Assembly (NCBI GenBank): GCA_964016885.1
Contig: CAXHJY010000610.1
Location: 1 to 64,000 of the forward strand
Reading direction: 5' to 3'
DNA from: Eledone cirrhosa
Taxonomy: Eukaryota
Length of the DNA stretch: 64,000 bases
Part shown: one piece after another, positions 32,307 to 52,418 of the stretch
Layout: every line of letters begins with the position of its first letter
Numbering within the stretch: position 1 is the first letter of the stretch
Program-made: the position numbers and the translations under genes
The notes under the pieces: model-generated
What the model saw: only the letters and a program-made list of their open reading frames with translations
The model's database searches: none
What the model was told of the DNA's origin: nothing

Positions 32307-32799
32307 TACATACACATACACATACATATACACTATACATATTTTTTCAAAAATTGCAAAGAATATATTAACTAGGTATACATCCAAAACACATCCCCAT
32401 TCTATGATTACATGACACTCTGCAATCCGTCTGTATAAGGATACTAATTTTAAGCCAATTAAATTAAATTTTTAGGTTGACTAAATTTAAAGCCAAATTA
32501 TAAATATATTTCTAAAATGTATATTAATTAGGTCTATAATACTAAAAAATTATTTCTCTGTCATTGGATACACGATATTTTGTTATATTTTATCTGTAAA
32601 GGAATTTTAATAAAAGGTTTAAATAAATTAAAATTAATCTATAAATTAAATTACTAAGTATATATTAGTAATATTTAAAGGTTTTTCACAATTTATGATT
32701 ACACAATATTTTATATTCTCATCTGTAGTAGAATTTTAATTAAATTAAATTTATAGGTTAACTAACATTTAAATTAAATTAATTTCTAAAATAATGTTA

Positions 32800-34365
32800 T
32801 TAATTAGGTTTATAATATTTAAATGTTTTTTTTAGTTTATGATTACACGATATAATTAATTCCTGTCGTTTATTTAATAGGATATCCTTAGATTTCATTA
32901 TTTCAAATAGTTCTTGGGAACATAATCTACATTCATTTCTATTATTTTGATAAGGGGTGGCTCTTTTGAGCACACTCCAGGTCAAATCATATTCTATATT
33001 CTTATTTTTATAACTATTGATTTTTTCTGCTAGAGATGTTGTATTAGCCAGTGCGGCATTTTTAAAACTATGCTTGTGGGTATTAAACCTTGTCTTAAAA
33101 TTGTTAGAGGTAGCTCCTATATATGAGCAAATAGAATCTTTAGTTTTAACATTACATTTATAGACTATGTTGTTAACAAGACAATTCCCTTTTAATGGGC
33201 AGTTTGCTTTGTTTCTACAGTTACAACCTTTCGTTAATTCTGTATTTGAGGAGATATTATGGTTAATTTGATGTACTGGTGGTATACTTATGGTTTTCTT
33301 ACATTTATATGCATTATAGGCACTTATATTTTGTTTTATGTTATTTGTTGTTGAGTATGAGAATTTAACTGTAGACCTATTTAAGATTTGATGGTATTTG
33401 TGGTTTGGCGGGAAGTTTTTCTGTAGGATATAAAAAATTTTTTTAGCAATATTATCCTTAATTTGTAAATTAAATGGAGCATTATACCAAGTAACCCGTC
33501 TATTACGGTTTCTATGTTGTTTATTATTTTTATTATTTTTATATGTTGTATCGTGATGTTTACTAGGAGGATTAATGTTAATGATCTCAACACAACCATT
33601 TTTAGTTATATTTGTAGATTTAGGTGTTTTAACTTTTTTATTAGGAGTTTTATTATTAATATTTATTAGAGTTGTATGATGAGTAGTTTTTTGAGAGTTA
33701 CTATATTTTATATTAGAAGATTTGGTATTTTGGGGTATAGTGTGGGTGGCATTTAGGTGTGTACTTTTCATTTGGTGTTTGTTGGTAATATTAGGTTGTA
33801 TGCTTTTAGTATTTTTAGTAGAAGGTATATATTCTAATCTATTTTTGTGGCCACTTCTATCTAGAGCTTCGTTATAGAAGGTCGCATTTTTATCAAATAC
33901 ATCTTGGTTAGAAGAAAGGTTAGAAATTCTAAGTGATATATTATATGCAAGGTTTTTAAGGATAGATTTAGGGTGATTAGATTGTGAGTGTATGTAATGT
34001 AAGTTTTGGTTTGGTTTATGGTAAGGTTGGTAGATACCTGTAGCTAAATCTAAAGTTATATCTAGGAAATTTACTACTTTACTTGTTTTTTCAAAAGTAA
34101 TATGAAGATTATAATAGTCTTTAAGGAAAGTTCTAATATGTTTTTTGTTTTTTTCAATTTCTGAAAGGCTAAGGTTGTTAGAAAGAAGAAGACAGTCATC
34201 ACGATATAAACCACCTTTGAGGTGGGGGAAAGGAGGCATTTATGTTGAAAAGGAGAAAGAGGCCCACAAGATCAGTAATTTGGGCGGAATCGCTTGAACC
34301 CATAGTAATATCAAATAGATTACTATATGTGTTTCTGGTCCAGTATTCATTCTGAAATTCAATAA
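32800..34365 (-). mobile_element. Penelope-like element, 5'-truncated ORF: RT C-half, Cys-rich linker and GIY-YIG endonuclease; frameshift near 34240
   Basis: [22 protein letters not shown], then frameshifted GLYRDD..VNFLDITL..YHKP..SNHP; CNCRNKANCPLKGNC; IVYKC..YIGAT..FKTRFNTH..CRLCSQE..LLNKRQE. Confidence 0.93.
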
Positions 34366-34477
34366 GTATGTATATATATATGTATGTATGTATATATATG
34401 TATGTATGTATATATATGCATGTATGTATATATATATGTATGTATGTATTGTATGTATGTATGTATATAGATATATG

Positions 34478-34566
<89 letters not shown>

Positions 34567-34913
34567 GTATGTATATATATATGTATGTATATATATACAT
34601 ACATATATATATATGTATATATATATATATGTATGTATATATATATGTATGTATATATATACATACATATATATGTATATATATATATATATGTATGTAT
34701 ATATATATATATATGTATGTATATATATACATACATATATATGTATATATATATATATGTATGTATATATATATACATACATATATATGTATATATACAT
34801 ATATATATGTATGTATATATATATACATACATATATATGTATATATACATATATATATGTATGTATATATATATACATACATATATATGTATATATACAT
34901 ATATATATGTATG

Positions 34914-34994
<81 letters not shown>

Positions 34995-35273
34995 GTATGT
35001 ATATATATATATATATGTATGTATATATATATATATATGTATGTATATATATATATATATGTATGTATATATATATATATATGTATGTATATATATATAT
35101 GTATGTATATATATATATATATATGTATGTATATATATATATATATGTATGTATATATATATATATATGTATGTATATATATATATGTATGTATATATAT
35201 ATATGTATGTATGTATATATATATATATATATGTATGTATATATATATATATGTATGTATATATATATATATG

Positions 35274-35316
<43 letters not shown>

Positions 35317-35321
35317 GTATG

Positions 35322-35354
<33 letters not shown>

Positions 35355-35380
35355 ATATATATGTATGTATATATATACAT
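34366..35380. repeat. (TA)n array with TATG/TACA interruptions
   Basis: Direct reading. Confidence 0.97.
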
Positions 35381-35510
35381 GGAAAGTTATATTTAAATTG
35401 TTGGGTTAACAACGAGTAAATATTTATAACTGATATAAAAGCACTCAACAAGTATTTGGAGTATATTTATGATATTAAATAAATGGAAACTATATTTATA
35501 AAACCATATT

Positions 35511-35576
35511 TATTTCGTTATATATATTTCAGGGATATCATATTAACAATATGTTATGCCATCTTCAGACAAATTA
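35511..35576 (-). ncRNA. Type I hammerhead ribozyme (stem III TATATA)
   Basis: taatttgt CTGAAGA ..GAAA tatata TA acgaaata. Confidence 0.7.
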
Positions 35577-35795
35577 CAATATAAACAGTCTTATAAATAA
35601 ATAGATACGACATACCTTTCAATCACTTTGCATTTGGGAGGTTGATTTGGTAGTAAAAAATGTGGACAGTTGTAAAAAGAAAGAGATAAAGAGAGAAAGA
35701 AAGAGAAACGAAGAAAAAGAAGAAATGCATGTGACTAAATAGAGGGATATAGAAAGGTATGTCGTATCTATTTATTTATAAGACTGTTTATATTG

Positions 35796-35861
35796 TATTT
35801 TGTCTGAAGATGGCATAACATATTGTTAATATGATATCCCTGAAATATATATAACGAAATA
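35796..35861 (+). ncRNA. Type I hammerhead ribozyme (stem III TATATA)
   Basis: tattttgt CTGAAGA(35804) ..GAAA(35842) tatata TA acgaaata, with an 8-bp stem I. Confidence 0.75.
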
Positions 35862-35967
35862 AATATGGTTTTATAAATATAGTTTCCATTTATTTAATAT
35901 CATATGTATATATATATATATATATACGATATTAAATAAATGGAAACTATATTTATAAAACCATATT

Positions 35968-36033
35968 TATTTCATTATATATATTTCAGGGATATCATAT
36001 TAACAATATGCTATGCCTTCCTCAGACAAAATA
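35968..36033 (-). ncRNA. Type I hammerhead ribozyme (stem III TATATA)
   Basis: tattttgt CTGAGGA ..GAAA tatata TA atgaaata. The core varies at the free N7 position. Confidence 0.7.
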
Positions 36034-36156
36034 TACTCCAAATATACTCCAAATACTTGTCGAGTGCTTTTATATCAGTTATAAATATTTACTAGTTGTA
36101 ACCCAACAATTTAAATATAACTTTCCATATATATATATATATATATATGTATGTAT

Positions 36157-36247
<91 letters not shown>

Positions 36248-36488
36248 GAGAGTAAAAGAGAGAGAGAAAGTGAGAGTCTATATATTTGGGTGTTTGAGTG
36301 CATACATGTATGTATGTTTGTGTGTGTACGTGTTTGTGTCTGAGTGTGTGTATGTATATGTGTGTGCCTATGTGTGTGTGTCCAAGAGATCGATATATGT
36401 TGAAAGATCAAATGTAAAATAGAGATAAGTGATCCTTGTTTTACTTGAATCCTCACTGACGGCTCAACGTTGCTGTACCTAATTATTG

Positions 36489-37531
36489 ACCACCACCACC
36501 ACCACTACCACCACCACTACTACCACCACCACCACCACCACCACCACCTACCACCACTACTACCACCACTACTACTACCACTACCACCACCACCACCACC
36601 ACCACTACTACTACCACTACCTACCACTGCCACCACCACCACCACTACTACTACCACTACCTACCACTGCCACCACCACCACCACTTCCTACCACCACTA
36701 CCACCACCACCACTAATACCACCACCACCACCACCACTACTACCACCACCACTACTACTACCACTACCACCACCACCACTACCACTACCACCACCACTAC
36801 CTACCACCACTACCACTACCTACCACCACTACCACCACTACCTACCACCACTACCACCACTACTACTACCACCACCACTACCTACCACCACTACCACTAC
36901 CTACCACTGCCACCACTACACTACCACCACTTCCTACCACCACTACCACCACCACTACCACCACTACCACTACCTACCACCACTACCACTACCACCACTT
37001 CCTACCACCACTTCCTACCACCACTACCACCACCACTACCTACCACCACTACCACTTCCTACCACCACTACCACCACCACTACCACTACCTACCACTGCC
37101 ACCACTTCCTACCACCACTACCACTACCTACCACTACCTACCACTGCCACCACTACCACCACTACCTACCACCACCACTACTACCACCACCACCACTACC
37201 ACCACTACCACCACTACCTACCACCACCACTACTACCACCACCACCACTACCACTACCTACCACTGCCACCACTACCACCACTACCACTACCTACCACTG
37301 CCACCACTACCACCACCACCACTACCACTACCACTACCTACCACTGCCACCACTACCACTACCTACCACTGCCACCACCACCACTACCTACCACTGCCAC
37401 CACTACCACTACCTACCACTGCCACCACCACCACCGCTACCACCACTACCACTACCTACCACTGCCACCACTACCACCACTACCACCACCACCGCTACCA
37501 CCACTACCAACACGACCACCACCACCACCAC
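36489..37531. repeat. (CCA/CTA)n trinucleotide array
   Basis: Direct reading. Frequent 1-bp frame slips. Confidence 0.95.
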
Positions 37532-37700
37532 AAGTGTTTTCTAGGGCAAATGACCAGCAAATTTGTAGAGGAGTGGGGGGGGGATGCAAAATGGATTAAC
37601 TCGACCCCAGTACATGACTGGTAATTTATTTTTATCGACCCAGCATAAAGGATGAAAAGTAAAGTTGACTTGGGCGGGATTTGAAATGAGATTATATAAT

Positions 37701-37886
37701 TGTTTCTACTTTAGGCACAAGGCCAGCAATTATCCAGTGCATTACTGGTACTTTATTTTATCGACCCCGTAAGGATGAAAGGCAAAGTCAACCTCGGCGG
37801 GATTTGAACTCAGATCGTAAAGGGACGTAACTATGCTGGAAAGCATGGCGTCCGACACTCTATCGATACTGCCAATCCACCACCTT
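37701..37886 (-). mobile_element. Young Meta-type SINE with 14-bp TSD, nested in an older copy (37540-37690)
   Basis: TGAGATTATATAAT at 37687-37700 and 37887-37900. Confidence 0.88.
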
Positions 37887-37989
37887 TGAGATTATATAAT
37901 GAGAAGAAATAACACAATGTTGTTTTATCCGAAGTTATATCAAGACAGATTTTACGGGGGTTAAAACTAAGGAGTAGGAGACCCAGGGG

Positions 37990-38173
37990 TAGACCCTGAG
38001 CAAGATGGCGGGATAATATCTATGAACTTGACTGGTCTCGATGAGCAGGGCACCCAGATGTAGACCCTGAGCAAGATGGCGGGATAATATCTATGAACTT
38101 GACTGGTCTCGATGAGCAGGGCACCCAGATGTAGACCCTGAGCAAGATGGCGGGATAATATCTATGAACTTGA
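37990..38173. repeat. 71-bp tandem repeat x2.6
   Basis: TAGACCCTGAGCAAGATGGCGGG starts at 37990, 38061 and 38132. Confidence 0.92.
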
Positions 38174-38325
38174 TGGAGGGATACAGTTGGATCAGTTGAA
38201 AAAAGTTGCTTCTGTCAGGAACCGTTGTAAGGAGTGTTTGAGGACTCTCCCTTCTGAGAGTTCTTCTCCTGTCTTCTGTTGTTGTTATTGTTGTTGTTGT
38301 CATTTGTTTAGATGTATATCTACAC

Positions 38326-38545
38326 ACATGATAATGAAATTATTGTGTAAAGTGCTCAGGTGCACTACAACTCGTCAATATAGTACATAGAATAATACAC
38401 AGATGTCAGGGAAGTACATGTGTGTATGTGTTAGCTGTAGTGTTGGCGGATCTCGGGAAGCATGGAGGCCTTAAGGGATGCAGTGTCTCGACAGCCAACA
38501 ACCGATGCAGGTAGTTTGTTCCATGCTTCAGCAACTCTGAGCCAT
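38326..38545 (-). mobile_element. CR1/L2-group LINE extreme 3' end (second family)
   Basis: LRVAEAWNKLPASVVGCRDTASLK..* is a typical ORF2 C-terminal WN-LP motif, followed by a short 3' UTR. Confidence 0.75.
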
Positions 38546-39018
38546 GTTACGCAGTTGTTTATGTATACGTCCAAGTATGTATTTATGTATACATACATAT
38601 ATACACACATACATATATATATATATATGTATATATATATACATACATATATACATACATATATACATACATCACACACACACGTGTGTGTGCGTGTGTA
38701 TATATGTATGTATATATATGCATGCTTATGGAACTATCAATTTCTTTATCTACCAATCGATCGACCGATCTATGTATCTATCGATCAAACTTTCGACACA
38801 CACACACACACGTACACACATATATATATACATATATATATATATATGCTCGTATGTTGTGGTGGAGGGAAGAGGAAGAGAGAAAAATGCAAATGCATTC
38901 ACATATATTTACATAGCGTATATATGCATATATATATGAATATGTGAATATATCTCTATATATTATATATATTATATATATGTGTGTGCATATGTTCTTG
39001 AATATATAAATATATATA

Positions 39019-39070
<52 letters not shown>

Positions 39071-39606
39071 AATAACTGTAGAGGGAGTTATGGTTGGTGC
39101 ACTATTATAGGAGTTTTATCAGTAAAACCAAGATGGAAGTCACAAAAAAACAATAATATGATGGTGGTGTTGGTGGTGTTGGTGGTGGTGGTGGTGATTG
39201 TGGTGATGGTGGCGGTGGTGGTGATGGTGGTGGTGGTTGTGGCGGAGGTGGTGGTTGGTGGTGATGGTTGTGGCGGCGGTGGTGGTTGGTGGTGATGGTG
39301 GTGATGGTGGTGGTGGTGGCGGTGGCGGTATATCAAGATAAAATCTCACATTCAAGTCACGTACAATTCCGCCATTTTGTTTTCCGTTCTGGTTTTGATA
39401 TTTTTTCTTTTGTATTTTTGTGTTTGTATGTTTGTATGTATGTATGTGTTTATGTATGTGTGTATGTATGTATGTGTGTACGTGTGTATGTATGTATGTA
39501 TGTATGTATGTATGTATGTATGTATGTTTGTATGTATGTGTATGTGTGTATGTATATATGTGTGTGTACGTGTGTTTGTATGTATGTATGTATGTTTGTA
39601 TGTATG

Positions 39607-39645
<39 letters not shown>

Positions 39646-39750
39646 ATGTATGTATGTATGTGTGTACGTGTGTATGTATGTATGTGTGTATGTATGTATG
39701 TGTGTTTCATCAAAGCAATGCAATCAAGTTGTAATTTATACAAGCGTATC

Positions 39751-40065
39751 TCTTTCTCCTCTGATCCATCTATTAGACGTATCACCTCCCCTCTCTCACC
39801 CCATTCCTCTCCCTCTCTCCCCTTCTCCTCCTCCTTTCTCCTCTGATCCATCTATTAGACGTATCACCTCCCCTCTCTCACCCCATTCCTCTCCCTCTCT
39901 CCCCTTCTCCTCCTCCTTTCTCCTCTGATCCATCTATTAGACGTATCACCTCCCCTCTCTCACCCCATTCCTCTCCCTCTCTCCCCTTCTCCTCCTCCTT
40001 TCTCCTCTGATCCATCTATTAGACGTATCACCTCCCCTCTATCACCCCATTCCTCTCCCTCTCCC
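39751..40065. repeat. 82-bp pyrimidine-rich tandem repeat x~3.8
   Basis: CTGATCC at 39761, 39843, 39925 and 40007. Confidence 0.93.
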
Positions 40066-40420
40066 CGTCTCTCACTCTTCTCCTCCTTCATCCCCCTCTC
40101 TCCCCCTCTTCCTCCTACATCACTCCGTCCTCTAGATCTGGACTGTTGCCAGGCGCCCTCTCTACATCACTAGCCGGGTAATGCGGTCGCTGGAACGTAA
40201 ATCCGAACATTATGTCGAGGCTTATTGGAGGACATACGTGAGCGCCACCTGGGAACAGTTTCAGGCCTCGATCAAGACATTCCGAGTTGTTGCTCTTGGC
40301 TGAGGTTCAATACAGCGGATTATTCATAATTTATAATAAATTGGTCACGTGAATGTAGAGCTACCATATGTATGTGTGTATATGCGTATGTGTGTGTGGG
40401 TGAGTGTGTGTGTGTGATTA

Positions 40421-40454
<34 letters not shown>

Positions 40455-41065
40455 CTTGTGAATATGTGTTTGTGTGTGTATGTGTGTGTATGAGTGTGTA
40501 TGTGTGTGTGTGTGTATTAATTTATTAAGGCCAAGTAGAGAGTTTTGTTACACTGGAGTTTCGTGAAACTTCAGAGTAACAAGAATATTTAAACTCTATT
40601 TCGGTATTGAGTACTCTTTTCTCTCAGTCGTCAACCACACACGGATATATATGTTTGTGTGTGTGTCTCTGTGTCACTGTGTGTGTGTGTGTGTGTGTGA
40701 ATGTCTGGTTCAAGCGGTATAAATATATTACGAAAAGTATTTTGAATGCAACAAAAACAAATAAATTGCTGCACACTTTCAAGACCCACAGAGCTGCGCT
40801 CAAAATGTTTAATGACGGTAGAAAAAGAATAATACGCCCAAATAACACTAATGGTTGGGTAGTTTCAATGCTTACCTTCACACATAGAAGTACAGTCGAC
40901 CTAAGACAAAGTAGTATAGAAACATAATTTATTAGTAAGCTATTTTAGTTTATAAAAACAAACTGAAAGATTTTAACCACAAAAACATTCAAATAATTGT
41001 TTTGTCCATTGTTTCAATATTGGCTTTAATAATACAACGGTTGATTGAACATCTACAGTCACGCG

Positions 41066-41126
<61 letters not shown>

Positions 41127-41164
41127 ATATATACATATATATATAAACATATATATATATACAT

Positions 41165-41432
41165 GGTGGCTGCCAACTCGTTTTCGAGTACGGCCACTAC
41201 TTTATATCCATGTAGGAGAACCCCTACCGATGCGCTGAAAGAATGTGACTTTTTAGTCCAGCCAGCGACTTGAAAACTCTGGTACAAAGACTACACTTGT
41301 GACCATTATTGACACATAGTGCAGGGCCCATGGTACCATGTGATGACAAGTGCAGAGAGATCTCCAGATATAAAGCAATGCCTGTGCTGTGAAGCTTTTA
41401 TAGTGAGCAAAGGCACTGCACAAAGCCAGTCC
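41165..41432 (-). mobile_element. RTE-derived element, 3' half
   Basis: Reverse complement of the 3' 270 bp of the family. Confidence 0.85.
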
Positions 41433-44147
<2,715 letters not shown>

Positions 44148-45951
44148 CTATCCCCACAAACAGCCACCACCATAATACATACTCTAATTTAACACCAACA
44201 CAACCACCAATAACTCAAACAAGGAATCCACAAATCTGCCGTTTTTCCCTGCGAGACAGATTGTGTTTAGACCGGGATTGTCCCTTTACCCATCTCCCGG
44301 GGACCCGTCGGATAAATGAAAATAAAATTAAAAATAAAAGCAAAAACAAAAACCATAACCTACATAAAAATAACCACTACCACAGTCACCAACAGTCTTC
44401 TAAACAGGAAACTTCTTCCTCTTTTTTAGCCATAATGAATCTGGCAAAAGAACTGGAAAAAACATTCGAGCTATCACCCAGCACCACCCTCCACTATCAC
44501 CCCACTGCACAAACTCCCATTGCTGCCATTAACAAACAAACAAATTAACAACACACCAAAACAATTAAAACCATCCACTCTCGCCTCTACATTTTTGCTT
44601 AACGCCCAAGGCATCAGCCCTTCCACCAATACTCAAAAATGGAAGATCAAATTCCTGGAGGACTGGATTGATGTCCATCCAAACCACATCCCTTTCTTCG
44701 TCCTCACTGAAACCCATCTCAGTAACCTCCACTTGGAAGCCAAGGTGAAAGTGAAAAATTTCAAAGCCATCCGTGCTGATCGCGCTGGCAGAAGAAAGGG
44801 CGGAACTGCCATTTATGTCCATAATTCTTTCTCAACAGAGGCTATGAACATATTCACTAATGGATACTGTGAGGCAGTCACTGTATTCAGTCAAACCAAC
44901 AACCTATTAGTAGTTGGGCTCTATAGGCCACCCCAAACGCCTGTACCATGCTTCAAGGAATGCCTCAACAGCATAAAGTGTTTCATCCAAGAGTGTCACC
45001 CTGACAACATCTTAATGATGGGGGACTTCAACCTCCCCGGAGTTGACTGGTCCACAAACACCCTGCCACCAGGTTCTTCTGCCTCAACCTCTGACAGGGA
45101 AGCTGTGGAATCACTTCTTGACTTCATGGATGATTTCTTCCTATCCCAACTAGTGCTCGAACCAACGAGGTGCCACAAAAACGTCCTAGACTTAATTTTC
45201 AGCAATCACACTGACAATATCCACAATATTGCAGTGGAGAAAACTCTACTCTCTGATCATGACATGGTTCTCTGTGATCTGAGATTCCACCGTCCAATAT
45301 ACAAACCCAATGTCATCTCTCCTGTCCATCCGTTTGACGCTATGGATTTCCACAATGCAAACTGGGAAGCGATCAGTCATGATCTTGCACATGTCGACTG
45401 GTCCTTCACGCACACTCATACACCCACTAACATCAAAAAGTCCTGGCAGACATTTGTGGACACTGTTACAAACATATGTGCTAAACACACCCCATTAAGA
45501 ACTATAAACAAATCTAAGAGCAGAATCCCTAGAAATAGAAAAACGCTCATCAGAAAAATTAAGAGAACGAACAAAAAAATCAACAAGCTGAAATACTGTC
45601 AGCAGCAACACATCAACTTGACTGCCATTTCATCACTAGAGATTAAAAAACATAACCTCCAAAACAACATAATGTCCCTCATCAACAATCAGAGAAGAGC
45701 TGAAGAGGCCTGGGCCATTGAGAAGATCAAACTCAATCCCAAAGTGTTCTTTTCATTTGCAAAAAAACACAAAATCACTGGCTCTACTGTTGGCCCTCTA
45801 ATTGATGAAAATGGCACTCTTCAAGACAATGCTAAAACCATGGGTGAGATACTGCAGAAACAATACTGCTCTGTTTTCAGCAATCCTGATATGGCCGATC
45901 TGGGCTGTATCGGCGATGTTACTCCCCATTACACCTTATCGGACATAACGA
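44148..45951 (+). mobile_element. CR1-clade LINE internal fragment: ORF1 C-terminus (CCCH finger) and ORF2 AP-endonuclease domain
   Basis: [20 protein letters not shown]; [50 protein letters not shown]. Truncated before the RT domain. Confidence 0.92.
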
Positions 45952-49030
<3,079 letters not shown>

Positions 49031-49334
49031 TAGGAATATTATAAGTATAATTATAAGTTATATATAGTTCTGAATGTTGAGTTCTGGCGATGTCTACAAG
49101 AATTAAATAAATTCGTTCTTATATTAATAGAGTTTTTACAGTTAACTATATAAAACATTTCCTCAATACACAATTTGCAGAATCTAGATTAAGCTGTGCT
49201 TCGGTACGCGGGTGTATAGATGTACTATCCTTGTTCCCCTTTTCTCATTCTATTTGTATATAAACAAGTACATAGATACAGGGAGAAGAGGAGAGCAAGG
49301 AGAAAGGGAGAGTAAGGAGAAAAAGAGAGCAAGG

Positions 49335-50221
49335 AGAGGTTAAAGCAAATATTGCTTAAGTTATGCTGGAAGCAGACACATTTGAAGAAGACGAATAATA
49401 AAAAATTGAATAAAGAGGTACATTCTGCACCAAAATGGCTTTTCTTCCCTTACAAACATCGAGTTTTCGTCTTTTGTAACTCCTGGTACAAAAACTTTCT
49501 TCACGAGATTTTCTATCAGCATCGATTTCCTCGACAAAGAACCTTCAATATGGAGGGATGGTCCTGGTTACAAAAGTGGACTTGAAAAACTTGAGAAGAC
49601 AGTTGTTGTGAATGATGTTGCAGAAAGAGGTGTCAAGCTCATTCAGGATTACACTAATTTTCTCACAAAATATGAAACTGAGAAACAATTTGTTTTACAG
49701 ATCATTACCGAAAACTGTAAAACATGCCACTAGATCCTCTCTTATGCAAAAATAATGTTCAATATTCAGTGTTCAGTGTTCACATTATGTTTTTGATTCT
49801 ATAGAAATTATTGTTTTAAATAAAAATGTTTCTCTTATAGAGGCTGTTTGCTTTATTAAGAAAACCTAATATTTCTTAAGTTTTTCTTGTTATTTCAGGA
49901 ATTTTTCAAATTAACTATTGGTAAATTTGATTCAGAACGTTTTTAAACATTTGCTGAGGTTGCCTAGATGTGTCTACATAAATTTCTCTAAGAAGAAAAA
50001 AAAAAATGGTCGAGATAGGGAACAGTATACCGCTTTTGAACTGAATTAATCGTTGCGTATACTAAGTTCCAATTTCAAGGCGTTTGAGGGTCACCTAACA
50101 GTTGTCTTATTGAGCTGAAATTTTGCACACCACGTGGTTTTGTTGATTGGAACAGGATTAAGGGGTGGGGGCAGCAAAATTTTAACCTTCGGAAAATTAC
50201 CTATTGCTAAGGACCACTCTC
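49335..50221 (+). mobile_element. DNA transposon 3' remnant (hAT superfamily, hATm-like transposase C-terminus)
   Basis: 49449-49733 translates ..FLDKEPSIWRD..VVVNDVAERGVKLIQDYTNFLTKYETEKQFVLQII (absent from the ORF track). Ends in ..AAGGACCACTCT, which looks like a TIR. Subfamily is from recall. Confidence 0.7.
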
Positions 50222-50270
50222 ATATATTAATAATATTAATAAATGGAAAATATCTTTATAAAACCATATT

Positions 50271-50331
50271 TATTTTATTATACGTATTTCAAGGGTATCA
50301 ATATTTAAGTACGCTTTCATCAGATAAAATA
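50271..50331 (-). ncRNA. Type I hammerhead ribozyme (stem III TACGTA); one arm of inverted terminal-repeat pair 50228-50437
   Basis: tattttat CTGATGA aagcgtac..gataccctt GAAA tacgta TA ataaaata. Confidence 0.8.
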
Positions 50332-50341
50332 CAATAATTTG

Positions 50342-50395
50342 TATTTTATCTGACGAAAGCGTACTTAAATACCTTGACATACGTATAATAAAATA
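50342..50395 (+). ncRNA. Damaged hammerhead (GAAA to GACA, stem II deletion)
   Basis: tattttat CTGACGA ..GACA tacgta TA ataaaata. Confidence 0.6.
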
Positions 50396-50433
50396 AATAT
50401 GGTTTTATAAAGATATTTTCCATTTATTAATAT

Positions 50434-51760
<1,327 letters not shown>

Positions 51761-51772
51761 ATATACGTACGT

Positions 51773-52071
51773 AGTAATCAAAGCAGAAAACATCAAAGCG
51801 AATAGTTATCTTCCATTGCGTGACACCATGTAAACAGAGTATGTCATGTATTATAAGAATTAGTGAAGTATATATTACGTTAGACTGGAGTCATATGTCT
51901 TTGCGTGACACAAAATATATAAACACACACCAGTATTTACTATAAGAGTGATAAACGTATGTTCTACGCCATATCACTACACCAAGAGGAAACGAAAGGC
52001 GAACCTCCCAGTTGCACTTGAGCAGTTTTAGCTTGGAACGAATTTTAAATAAATTGACGTTTCGAATTACA
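51773..52071 (+). mobile_element. Probable solo LTR (299 bp) with 5-bp TSD
   Basis: TACGT at 51768-51772 and 52072-52076. Ends AGTAAT..ATTACA (TG mutated to AG). Internal TATAA (~51942) and AATAAA (52048). Confidence 0.6.
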
Positions 52072-52340
52072 TACGTTCTTCTCTTGTGCATTCACTCATT
52101 CATTACATACACATACATACATACATACACACACACATATATACACACATACATAAATACATTTAATGAAATTTTATAGCAAAATCTCTTAAACGTGTCA
52201 TATGAAGTGAAGTCAATCATCTAACATCCGGGGTTATCTGAGTGTATATATGTATATATACACACACACCTGGTATTTTCTTCCTGTTTTAGATTAGACC
52301 TTCAAAAATACATAAACATTTGATCGAATTACTCACATAG

Positions 52341-52418
<78 letters not shown>

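Larger units (their letters stand above)
35380..36128. mobile_element. Nested inverted cluster of Penelope-type terminal repeats (family B)
   Basis: Outer inverted repeat 35380-35468 / 36040-36128, inner inverted repeat 35469-35620 / 35750-35903, and a third copy at 35928-36033. Confidence 0.8.

Noticed and set aside
36470-37624. His/Pro/Thr-rich ORF
   Set aside because: It is a (CCA)n array with repeated frame slips that ends in a SINE.
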